Positions 52,783 through 64,000 of a stretch of 64,000 nt of DNA are shown piece after piece (within the stretch, counting starts at the first letter, position 1; each line of letters opens with the position of its first letter). Under the pieces are notes generated by a model. The model did not search any database. It was not told the DNA's origin and was given only the letters and a program-made list of their open reading frames with translations. Both the position numbers and the translations under genes were made by a program. Source of the DNA: Styela clava (Eukaryota); NCBI RefSeq assembly GCF_964204865.1, contig NC_135253.1:2728001-2792000 (forward strand), given 5' to 3'.

Positions 52783-54830
52783 AGCATTGCAGATGTCTGG
52801 AAGCGCTCTGTTGTAATTCCGATTCTGAAAACCAACAAACAAAAAGACCAGCCGTCTTCATATATGCCTATATCTTTAACTAGCAATTGATGTGAGGCTT
52901 TAGAATGAATAATAGTTCGCCGGCTGAAGTGGTTTATCGAAAAAAATGGCATATATGTAGATAACAAATTGGTTTTAGGTGAAGAAGATCTACGCCTGAT
53001 GCATACCTAAAATTACACGATGAAATATATATATATATATATATAAGGCTTTACCAAATGAAATAAAAGATGTGTATTTGCATTTCCCTAGACACGGAAA
53101 AAAAGCTTTTTCTAAACATGGAAAAGGCTTATGACATGATATGGAAATAACGCCTGTTATACAAACTGTACAACAATCGTGTCACTGGAAAAATTTGGCT
53201 TTTTGTTGCATTTTTTCTGGCGAATCGCTCATTTCAGGTTAGAGTAGTTTCAAGTATTTTCTCATTAGAAAACGGAGTTCCTCAAAGGAGCGTAATTAGT
53301 CTACTGCTTTTCAATATAATGATAAACGATATGCCTAGTACTGTTCCATCAGATAATGTTGGATTGTTTGCGATATCGCTCTATGGCACATTGGGCTCAA
53401 AATCGAAGATTTAATCGTTTCCTTTCAGAATTCATTGGATTGTATTCAGTCCTGGTGCAATCAATGGGGTTTCAAGATCTCGGTCACAAAATCAATAGTT
53501 GTGCTCTTCACCCGAAAACGGAAGTTATCTCCAATCCAAATCATCTCTTTTGTCATTGTACAGATCCCTAGTTCGACCCATTATTGAATATGGTATGGAA
53601 GCGTATTTTTCAGCCCCAATGTATGCCATAAGAAAAATAGAAATGATCCAATCTCAATGTCTACGCACCGCCCCAGGTGACATGATGAGTACGCCTATAA
53701 GTTTATCTTTACAAGTTTGCTCCATCGAAATGCCATTGAATATACGACGACTACAATTATGTCTCTTAAATAAAGCTAAACTGCTAACATTTGTTGACCA
53801 TCCTCGCCACGAAGTCATCGATTACTCATGGCATTGAGATATTTTCCAACTCTTCAACATTTCGTAGATTTGGTATGATTGCTAGAATTTTCGATATATA
53901 TTACCAACTTGAACATTAGTATTAATGAAGCCGAAGAAATTCCACCATGGTTTTTGGATGAAATTGATATTGACAATACATTATCGTATATACTTTTCCC
54001 CTGGTATACGCCTGACCAAACAAAAGCTATATGTTTAGATTATATAAATGAATCCTATCAATCACACGTGCACATCTATACGAATGGACCAAAAATTGAT
54101 GACAAATGCGACGCTGCGGTTTAGGTTCCATGTGATAATTACGTATGGGTTTTAGGCTGGTCATAGACTGTTCCTCGTTTGATTGCGAAGTTTTTGCAAT
54201 CTATAGTGCCCACACATGGTCAAAACATAACTATAGATGGAATATAGTAATAATTTCGGATGGTATATCTGCCATTCACGCTATAAATAATAACTCGGAT
54301 AAAATTAGTAATTTATTAGTAAATTAGTAATTTACTATGGGCTCCTGGACATGTTGGCATTCCGGGTAACAAAATAGCAAAAGTATCAGCGGCGAAAGTC
54401 GATGTGGACAAATGATTATCCCAATCACACAACGATTCACAAATTCGACAATCCTGCGCCAATGAATGGGATCAACATGTTATACACAATGACCAAGCAT
54501 TTCATTACAAGATAATTTTCCCTCTATTGAAGACAGCACCAGGAATTTCACGTGGTTACCACGAATAATGGACAAAATTCAATTTCGACTTCAGACAGCA
54601 CATTAAACAAGCACCTTCATAAAATAGGATGCCATAATAATGGACTACGCGATTGCGGTAATGTATTAAAAAAAATAGAACATTTCCTATTGAACTGCCG
54701 TGCATAGAGATGAAATGCCGCGATTATGACATTGATTTTAAAATCAGCGCTATATTGAGCAACCCCAGCATTCTCCCTTCTCTACTTGATTTGGTCAAGT
54801 CCACCAAGAGAGTACTATAGGCATATAAAT
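52783..54830 (+). mobile_element. LINE ORF2 relic: RT + RNase H (I-clade-like)
   Basis: WKRSVVIPILK..SSYMPISLTS; MEKAYDMIW; ENGVPQRSVISLLLFNIMINDM; LYRSLVRPIIEYG; HIYTNGPK; WAPGHVGIPGN. Confidence 0.85.
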
Positions 54831-54834
54831 AGTT

Positions 54835-55250
54835 TGGTTCAAATTGTTTGGCGCAAAATACTACACTCACACATACTACACACACTGCCGTCTGTTGCTA
54901 CTCCGAGGTGCAAAGTATCATGTTGTTGAATATTATTTAAGGCATTTTGAACAGTCATCCGATAGATGGATAGTTTATTTGAATACTCCATGATATACAC
55001 AAATTTAAAATGGAGAATTCTGAAGTTGACGCACAATCTATAACTCTGGTGTTGTTTTGCACAATGGCTGCAACATTTTCCTCGATTTGAGTTCCAGGCG
55101 CAAAAAAAGTAGTCGGTCACCTTTGCTGATGATGCTTCACCTTCAACACCTGTTTTATGCTTGGAACTCTCAACGTGCAACTATAAGCTGAGCTTGCCTT
55201 CATTCGCCACAGAAACGAAAGTGCCGTAGCCCAGGCTAAATAGTTTGAAC
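54835..55250 (-). mobile_element. hAT-like transposase fragment
   Basis: HVESSKHK (BED-finger end) and LGVATDGS in ORF 54839-55180. Confidence 0.4.
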
Positions 55251-55704
55251 CAATGACATTGGTTTGAACTGAAATGATGGATTTAAACATGTAGACCAGT
55301 TTATAAACGCCAACCAGCGAAACCACTTTTAAAACAAGCCTAAAAAAAGTTGCAATCATAATTATAGAAAGAAAGAACATATGGTTATGTGTTACAACCA
55401 ACGACATGTATATCTATTATTTTTAATAGAGGACAGATGATGAGACATTGGGGTCACGACTCACGACCCTGTGCGCCCTCAGCATTTGACTATTACGGAT
55501 GAACCTCGACCCCTGACCCCCGAAAAATTATTCCCGGGAATATGATTCCTACGCTTTATCATTGCTTTACCATTGTTTTGGTGCTTATTTTGAGAGCCAT
55601 TTCAATGTATACAACCATTATGCCAATGGCAAAATTAAGCTGCCTGTAGCATTGTACTATTGACTTGTTGGCTGAATACAGATTTTGCAGTTTCTGTCTC
55701 GGAG

Positions 55705-58700
55705 ATGTCCGCTTTTAACACTCCTTTATTCAACCGCATTATTGTACCATTGTCGTTTGTGTCTACTCTCGCTGGAGGAGTGATATTGCTCAAGTAAGTT
55801 GAAATTGAAAATATTTGCTCTGTTGATCGGAGTAACGGTTATATCAGCACTATCACATGCAAAATTTATGGTTTTCAAGGGAAATATAAACAAGTTGTCA
55901 GTAAAACGAATCCCTTATGATAGTACTGCAAGGATCCTAAATCAATGAAAATTTTCATTTTTCTTTTTAATCACTTATAAATATTGACCAACTACACTAA
56001 TGCGTTGACTTAAATGAAACCTGGAAACTCTATTGTAGTTCCTTCAACTATGTCTGTATGTGTGCCTCACTTTTCCATCATATGAAAAGCCCAACGAACT
56101 TCGGGTCTCGTGTAGTTTCGTACCTGACGTACTTCTAGTAGGCGTAGCCTAACAATTTTTTGATATGTCAATCCTAACCCCCATCTGACTACGCCATTCA
56201 AAAATTACGTCACTACGACATCATAATCAGGTCATAGAGCTTGCCAAATGTACGTACGATCGCCGAAATGGCATTGGCGCCGACGATAAAGAACAGACTG
56301 ACGTTATGACGACTAAGGTGCAGGGATGGTTATGTGCGAGAGGATTGCTGGACTCCTCGCCGTCGTTGGGTGGTTCACGTAACCGCTGGTCGGTTACGGC
56401 TTCCTCCACCACCAAGTCCATGCTTCCGAAAACAAACAATACAGTAAAAACTAATCCCATACCCGACTTGGAATGGTAACCGGACGAGAGGCCGTGGTTC
56501 GCCATATGGATAAGTCATCTTATCGGCTTTCCTCTCTCCTGGGATAAATATGTAAATCCTATCCTATCGATCTCTCTCCTATTGGAACCTTTGCGACGAG
56601 AAAACGAGAGAAATAACTGTTCGATTTCGGGTGCTTGTTTGCGCGTCTAGGATGGCAGTTCATATAGTTTGAAGGGCTCTATTACGTCACTGTGACGTCG
56701 TAATAATGTAATTTTGGATGGTGTGGGGGTTAGGATTGATACATTACACATTATCAATTTCATTCTCAATTTTTGCTCATTTCCGGACATTTCTGTTATA
56801 TAATTTGTTGTTTCCATTGAGTTTTGTGTTTTCAAATTATCGAACTAAATTTATTGATATATAATCGGTTCGAAAACAAACTATTCATCTGATAAGTGAA
56901 AGGCAATTGATAAAATTTAATGACCTGTATATCGCAGGCGACTCCGTAAAAAAGGTGAAATAACTATTTTTACAATTATAGAGAATACAAAGGTGGAAGA
57001 AAATGTCCTTCTAAAGAGCAAATGAAAGAAAAAGTTTGTGTTATAACTGGTGCAAATGTTGGTATTGGTAAATCAACAGCTGAGGAACTTGCAAGACGAG
57101 GTAATGACTTATTTCATATGTAACTGCTCAGTTGTGCAGTGACTAATTACAGTTATACATTATCTGTGATGGACTATATTGAATCATCATTAAATAGGGT
57201 ATCCTTTTTTCAGGTGCTACTGTAGTGATGGGTTGTCGTCATATAGGAAAATGTGAAAGAGCAGCAAGAGAAATAAGAACGAATACAGAAAATTCCAATG
57301 TTGTTTGCAGATTTATTGATTTGGCTGATTTAGACTCAGTAGAAGAATTTGCTGGAAATGTACGGAAGGGTAAAAGCTCATAACTGATATATCAGAAAAT
57401 TTGGCTCGGTCCTTTTATACTAAATAAAAAAGGTTATCTAACAAGCGTCAAAGCTTAATTTGGATGTAAGTGGATTATTTTATGATGTTTAGATATGCTG
57501 TGCTGTTTATACTCATTTCGTTTTTCTACTTTTCAAGTATATTTTCTGCAAAATTCATCATACCATACCCACTTGCCAATATTCGATTATATGGAGTGAT
57601 TTGGATTTGGAGAATTTTTGCTATTGCATTTTATATATGAATATTCTGCACATTCCTATAAATATAATCAATGTTTCTATTTACAGAGCTACCACATATA
57701 GATGTTTTGATAAATAATGCATGTGTTATGAAACCGAGGCCTCCAAAGACAACACCTCGCACAAAAGATAATTTCGAAAGACAGTTTGGTGTCAACTATC
57801 TAGGTATATGCAAGTATTTATTATTGTTTTTCATTGTGTTAAGGTCATTTTTATTTAAAATTGTGAAAATTATACACAGCAATTCCATAACACATTTAAT
57901 CAATTTTACTATATCAAGGTCTTGGTGGTTTGCTATTTTTAGAATGCCAATTGGTAGCAGTAACACTGATGTATTTACCATAATTCATTTTTCACTTTCA
58001 ACCAAATACTTTTCAAACGACGAGACAAATCAAGTGATGTCACGGAGTGACAAAAAGTTGAATGCATAAAATGACTGCAATATATCAACCAAATTTCGTC
58101 AAAAGCTTCATGACATATCAATAATAATAACTTGTCTCTATATTCTTAGAGATATTTATCTCTACATTTATGCAAAATTTATTGTACAACAAACATTTTT
58201 CAAGAAGCAGCCCAATTATATGGCCGAACTAGTCGCATGTCACTCCGTGACGTCACGAAGTGACAAAAAATCCTTGTCATTAAAATGTTATTAAGAATGT
58301 TGAACAATTAGTTGTATTAGGTCAAAATTGGTTGTTTGTTTGTAATTACAAAACATTTAAACAAAAAATTGGGAAACACTCCTATATATCTGGAATCTTA
58401 TTGCAGTAACTTGACAAAGAATGGGCAATTCAAAATACAGAATCTGGAGGATCCGTTAAAAGGATCCGTGCAATTCAGCTTAAAAAAATTTGCACCATGC
58501 GACGATTTTTGTTATTGGGATATCTAATTTATTAAACATAGAAAAGCATTTCCTTTTGTGTTGAAGTCTCTCTTGTTAGGTAGTACTTGCATCTGCTTGC
58601 AAAGCACACATAGAATCGGTAGGCCCCAAACACAGTTTTCTTAGTCTGCATATTCAGAACAAGAAAACAGTGATAAATATGTCCCTGCGAAAATTCGTTA

Positions 58701-61315
58701 TTGCATCATTTTTGCTATTTCCAGCTTTATGATATAGTTGGCACGTAAAAATAATTATTGGTGACAATGAGTGACGCACTGGCGTTTTCTAATTGGAAGT
58801 ATCTTCAATTTTTGACAAACACCGCATATTTATTTTGCATTTCACAATTTCGATGTTAAAACTTGAGATTTAATATTGTTTGTGATGTTTACAAAAATGT
58901 CGAATTATATTGCAAAACAATGCATTTTGTCATATTTATTCTGCCATTCCAACAGATTACATATTTTTTCAATTGTAGTCTACAATAAGTTCGTTCATAT
59001 TGTCAAAACCGGCATATGTTAGGTCGAATATTTTGGTCATCGATAGTTTTAAAAAAGTTGCCATTGCCATTCAATCATGTCATTCAAGTTTCACTGTGGG
59101 TAAGATCCAAAGTAAGTAGAGGGCAAAGCGGAAGAATTTGCAGTTCAAACCCAATATTATAGTACTTCGCGTACGGAAAAATAATATTTTCAAAAAATTG
59201 CATACTTATGTCACTCCGTGACGTCACGGAGTGACGAGATCTCTAGAAGTGCTACGAAAGAAAAACAAGCAACTATCAACTGCCAAATTGGTAAATTATT
59301 GGGCCCAACCCCCAAAGTGAGTAAGTGACGTCTCAGTTTTTGAGGCAAATAGTTATTGAAATATATCAGATAATTAAAATAAAGTTGAAAAATTGTCACG
59401 GAGTGACAACACAAGGCAAATTCCCATCAGCTCTGTTTAGCCCAGTGTTGCCAATAGTGCACAGTGCAATATTTATATTAAGCACAGATATCAGAGGTAA
59501 AACATAACACATACTTTGGTTGAACAAATACATTTTAAGGTAACATAAATAGCATGAGAGTTTATGTTACAAAACTGAAGAAAATTAGGCAGTAAATCAT
59601 CAATTATTCCGCTGAAGAAAAAACAATTATTTTGAGCCGTAAATGTACCTTCTCATGCGATTTTAAAAACTTCAAGATATGTCCTACACTTTCTGCAGTT
59701 CAATATTTCAATTAGGCAAGATAAAATTTTTACCTAATTGTCAACTAATTTATGGAATTGCTGTACAGGTATTTTGCTATATTGATTTCCACATCATTTC
59801 TGAAAATGGTGTATTTAAATAAATTATGTGTTTTATCCTCCAGGCCATTTTCTTTTAACCCATCTGTTGTCGGACAAAATGACGAATGGCAGGGTCATAA
59901 ATTTGTCATCAGAGGCATATTCACAAGGAGAGGTAAGAAAGATATCCAGGTATTGTATCTTAGAACCAAAATATGTTTTCATACAAATCTAGCAGACTAA
60001 ATATTCTTCAAAATGAGTGATGTATGCCTGTTGTGATATAAAATCAGAAATGAGATCTTCTTCATTACATACATTTAGAATTTACTGATCGATTGGGTAT
60101 TAACTGCTTTACATGCCACATGTTTCATCTCTTAAAAACTATTTGTTTGGGGAATTTAAATTTCAATGCGAGTAAATACACATGTAAAATAAAAATGTTA
60201 CAGCTATCAAGATATTTTAAAACAGCTTCAAGGTAATACTGTCATTTTCAGATTGATATCAATGATATCGACAAATCTAAATTAGATGAAGACGATGAAA
60301 AACTTTCTCAACTTTATTATCAGAGCAAACTTGCAGTTATGTTGTTCACAGAAGCACTGTCACGAAAGCAATCAAATATCACTGTTAATGCTGTTAATCC
60401 AGGCTTATCTAGTACACAAATTGGAAGACATTCTAAAGCACCTATCTATGCACTCGGGATGCACATCTACAGTGAGATTTCCATTATTCATATAATTTTT
60501 TTTAATGCTAGAAGAGCTTATTTTGTACGAATGAATTTGTTCAGTTAATCGTAACCAGTTGTGGAATAATATAAATAAGCTGGTCATTTTCATTTGAAGA
60601 AGATATTAAACGCATTATATGCCAAAACACTAAATCTGGGCTGGCCACTAGTTAACAGCAGAATGTTCATTTCTTTTATCAATCCCATGTTTTCAGGACC
60701 ATTTCAGTGGATTGCAATGAAAACACCTGTACAAGCTGCTCAAACTAGTATATATTTGTCTGTTGCAGCAGAACTTGAAAAAACATCTGGTTCTTATTTT
60801 CAGTAAGTATATTTTTGTTTTACGAGTCTAAACAGCGCTCATGGCTCCTTGCTGGCAGTGTACTGTGTACTCTATGTCAAACATTGCTCATGAAGTTATG
60901 TTTGACAGGGTTGCCTTATTATTGCCTTTGAATGGGTTGAAGCCAACCTTGAGACAAAGTTTTACTAACAGGATGGTTGTGTATGTGCTCCGTTGCCTAT
61001 TTATGAGTGTTATTTAATTTTAATTATTATTGATAAAAGGGAGACAGAAATTCTTGGATAAGTTTCTGCATATCCACATTGTTTTACATCAATTCCATTT
61101 ATGTGGAACCTGAATGGCCTTCTAAATGTTCTAAAACAAGTGTATGAATGCTGACTATTAATCTGATTTTCTTCATTAGTGACTGTCAAGAAATATCAAA
61201 GGTTTGTGACTTGAAAGTTTGCAATTCAAAATTATCCGATGAACTCTGGGAAGCAAGTGAAAAATGGACTAACATGAGAGAAAGGTTAAATCGAATCAAA
61301 TTAATGGGATCTTGA
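55705..61315 (+). CDS. rdh13: Retinol dehydrogenase 13-like SDR; exons 55705-55793, 56982-57100, 57214-57369, 57687-57803, 59844-59932, 60252-60471, 60697-60802, 61180-61315
   Basis: N-terminal anchor IVPLSFVSTLAGGVILLK|EYKGGRKCPSK as in RDH13; Rossmann ITGANVGIG; DVLINNAC; FGVNYLGHFLLT; RVINLSS; catalytic YYQSK; VNAVNPG; KTPVQAAQTSIY; LWEASEKW; all introns GT-AG and in phase, no stops. Confidence 0.9.
56168..56739. mobile_element. Inverted-repeat element (MITE-like) in RDH13 intron 1, with nested SINE
   Basis: tcaatcctaaccccca at 56168 and tgggggttaggattga at ~56724-56739. Confidence 0.55.
56320..56567 (+). mobile_element. 5'-truncated SINE
   Basis: Body matches the reverse complement of 61845-62030 (gttatgtgcgagaggattgctg..aagtccatgctt..ggccgtggttcgccata..ggataaatatgta); (atcct)n tail. 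Confidence 0.7.
58030..59410. repeat. Intronic region with four copies of a GTCACGGAGTGAC palindromic motif
   Basis: Motifs at ~58038, 58238-58265, 59210-59235 and ~59394. Confidence 0.6.
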
Positions 61316-61844
61316 TGATGTGCTATTCTGCGATTGTGTATGCTGTATGTAGCCCATAACATGGCGTAATCAAATGGTGAGCCAGGTCCTATTGTCTGAC
61401 TTTTATAGGGCTAGTCATTGCGAACTGACTGAGCGATGGATTCCATGTTTACAGAAATTTGTGTCTGGAGGGCCCAATAAAATAAAATCCCATACAATAA
61501 CTGTTCATTCAAATATCTTCGGAATATTAGAGATTGCATTCTAAAATTATTCGATTTGATTCTGAAACCATCAGGTATTCGAAAATGCCCAGCCTTGATG
61601 TCTAGTGTACCATATGTGGTGTTTGACATCAACGGTTACATATACACAGACGTTGCTACAAAACATATTCCTGTTGTTGCTATGAGCACAAAGTTGAATA
61701 TCGGCATGTAATGACGGGCTGTTGGCCGTTACATACTTTATTACCATATGATTTCATTTTAAAAATGTTTGTTCCAATTATCTAACAAGTGCGGGGTTCC
61801 AAAAGTATGTGTACAATTTCAATGGATTCTAGTAAGATTTACGG

Positions 61845-62108
61845 TACATATTTATCCTGGGGGAGAGGAAAGTCGATAAGACGGCTTAACCGTATGGCGA
61901 ACCACGGCCAGTATGGGTTTAGTTAGTTATTTGTTTTCATAAGCATGGACTTGATTGAACGTGACGTGGACCACCCTACGGCGGCGAGCAGTCAGCAATC
62001 CTCTCGCACATAACTATCCCCGCATGGGATTCGAACCTGCGAACCCACGCAAAGTAATCAGAGGTGCGGTGGCGAGCGTATTCCTAACGCTTACCACACC
62101 GACGCACC
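61845..62108 (-). mobile_element. tRNA-derived SINE
   Basis: Minus strand has A-box-like GGTGTGGTAAGCG and B-box GGTTCGAATCC; body shared with 56320-56567. Confidence 0.75.
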
Positions 62109-63852
62109 AAGTTAATTCTGGCAGCTGTTATGGAGGTTAATAAAAGGTATTTCTGACTCGCCATGCGAAGACTGATACCTTAATATTAAAAGCAGGGATA
62201 ACCATGATTCTTTGAAAATAGCGGGAACCAGAAGTTGCTAGCATATTCCGTTCAATAGGATAAACGAACCTTGCAAATCCAAGCACCTTCTTTAAACATG
62301 GGCATGTTCCGGGTACCACGTGGGATGAATACACACGGTAAAGAGCGGTTCAGGTTATGTAACGAAGCTGTGCATTAAAAACGCAACTCTTTATTCAATT
62401 GAGGACATAACTTTTTGCTGTTTCAACGAAAATTGTATTAGTGACTCAATCGCCTTAAAGGTAAAACAAGCAAGTCTGTGGTGTTTTAACAGATCTGCTT
62501 CACATGTAGCTTGAGAGTTTTGTTGTAATTCTGCCGTGCGTACGTCCAACCAGTTCTGTTCAATATCGCGTTGATTCCAATATACATTTAGCCGACATAG
62601 GGTGGCTGCATTTTGTTAACATCCACCTCTTCCGAACTTTCATGTCCCCTGTTTTGCCGTGCAAACTGTTTGGGGTGAATAAGCTTGTTAGTGATTCCCG
62701 TGACAGGTAATTTCGGTCAAGTAGATCTTTGCGGCATTCGTAGAGATTGGCATTTTGATCAAAAAGGGATTGGTGGGCCTACAGACTCAGCAGTGGTTTC
62801 CATGGATAGGAAACTTCTCCGTGTGTCGTACTGATATTACCGATAAGCTACCAGTGGGTTAGGTGCTACTTTGGGTGGATAAGTCCGCAATCTGGCAGGG
62901 CTACCATCGCAGAAAAATGTCTTCAAAAAAACCTCTCTGTGGCATCGTGCCAATGCCAAAGCGTTGCTTTTCACACCTGCTAAACCGTGAGCGGTAGATA
63001 GCAATATTGTAGTCCAATGGATGTCTCCCCGACCCCATGATTCAGTCTACCAACAATTCACTGTTGCGAAATTGTAATGCTTCTTTTGAAACTATTTTCA
63101 CGAGTTGGACGTGCAGAGTGCTTTACATCTCCAATATTTCCATCCACACAAAATACACAGCTAGTTTTAAAAAAATTCGACCATTCATCTTTTGATTACT
63201 GCGACTAAAGTAAAACGCTAAGGAAATGGCGGCTTGGTTGTTTGATTATACTAATATTTTAAAAATGAAACTGAAAACTAGTTCACTACAAAAACTATTA
63301 AATGTTCACAATCTTACTAGAAAATTTGTCAGAGTGAGAAGATGTGTGAGCGACTGCTCAACCTCGCGTTGGCACATTGCTGTTCGATTGGCCATTGTTT
63401 CCGCTATAATTTAAGGATGTGTTTTGCGAGTTGCGACACATCCATGGACCAAGGTTTTCAGGGGTATGATCTTGCAGTCCGTCTGTATAGTTCGCAAATT
63501 GTCGGAAATATATCCATGTTTCCTGCTTAGTGACAGAAATTAATTGCTAGAATTACTTTTAAATGCAAGAATTCCCGCCTCTGCCGTATTGCCGAGTTCA
63601 AAACGACGAATAGAATTGTTTCGTCAAATTTCCCTTTCTTGGAGAAAGCGTGGTGCAGAGTGTAACACTGATATCCAAACTAGCGCGGGGCCCTTTCAAT
63701 TTGATCAAATCGGCTTATAACCGGCTTATAACTGCTTTCAACTAGGGAAGATGCCACTGATGTCGTAGTGTAAAAGCGTTTACTTTTTCATGATGTGCTT
63801 TCTGCTTGGGCTGCACTTGTTAAGTACCAAATTCACGATGCATGGACTACAA

Positions 63853-64000
63853 CAGTGGTTCCCAACCGCCGTGCCGCGGCACATTAGTGTACCACAGAAT
63901 GATTACCAGTGTGCCGCAAAAATATTCCATTTTTGAATTTATTTCAAGTGATTCCAAATTCAATAGACAGTTAAAAGTTATCATATCGACTTACAGACGC
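63853..64000 (+). mobile_element. Left end of an hAT-type MITE (runs off the window)
   Basis: cagtggttcccaaccgccgtgccgcggcaca terminus. Confidence 0.5.

Noticed and set aside
56920-56955. RDH13 first exon directly before exon 2
   Set aside because: The ATG frame hits a stop and the intron would be ~27 nt; a far better exon 1 lies at 55705-55793
62020-62108. tRNA gene
   Set aside because: A B-box is present, but it continues into a SINE body shared with 56320-56567 and no convincing cloverleaf is seen

Overview
AT-rich (~35% GC by eye), intron-containing eukaryotic DNA. It is probably a marine invertebrate, possibly a tunicate; that assignment is inference only. Two host genes can be reconstructed by hand. 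One is an apparently intact 8-exon RDH13-like short-chain dehydrogenase (+, 55705-61315). The other is a secreted collagen-stub/F5-8 type C (discoidin) gene (-, 7736-9844) that lacks the N-terminal part of its discoidin domain, with duplicated fragments nearby. The rest is mostly decayed transposons: many hAT MITEs with clear 8-bp TSDs, a Mutator-type MITE, tRNA-derived SINEs, a Penelope RT fragment and inverted Gypsy relics. The most notable structure is a ~15 kb nested stack at ~37.4-52.8 kb, lying between the two halves of an RNase H-bearing LINE. It holds Ty3/Gypsy elements of CsRn1-like type (tRNA-Trp PBS, LTR ends, PPT) with an extra ORF after integrase. That ORF encodes a signal-peptide/TM glycoprotein whose motifs align by eye with herpesvirus gB-type (class III) fusogens, and it occurs in three divergent copies. 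The stack also contains a divergent Helitron-like HUH Rep whose core is tandemly amplified about 2.6 times. All TE ORFs are disrupted. All homology calls come from manual motif recognition, not database searches.
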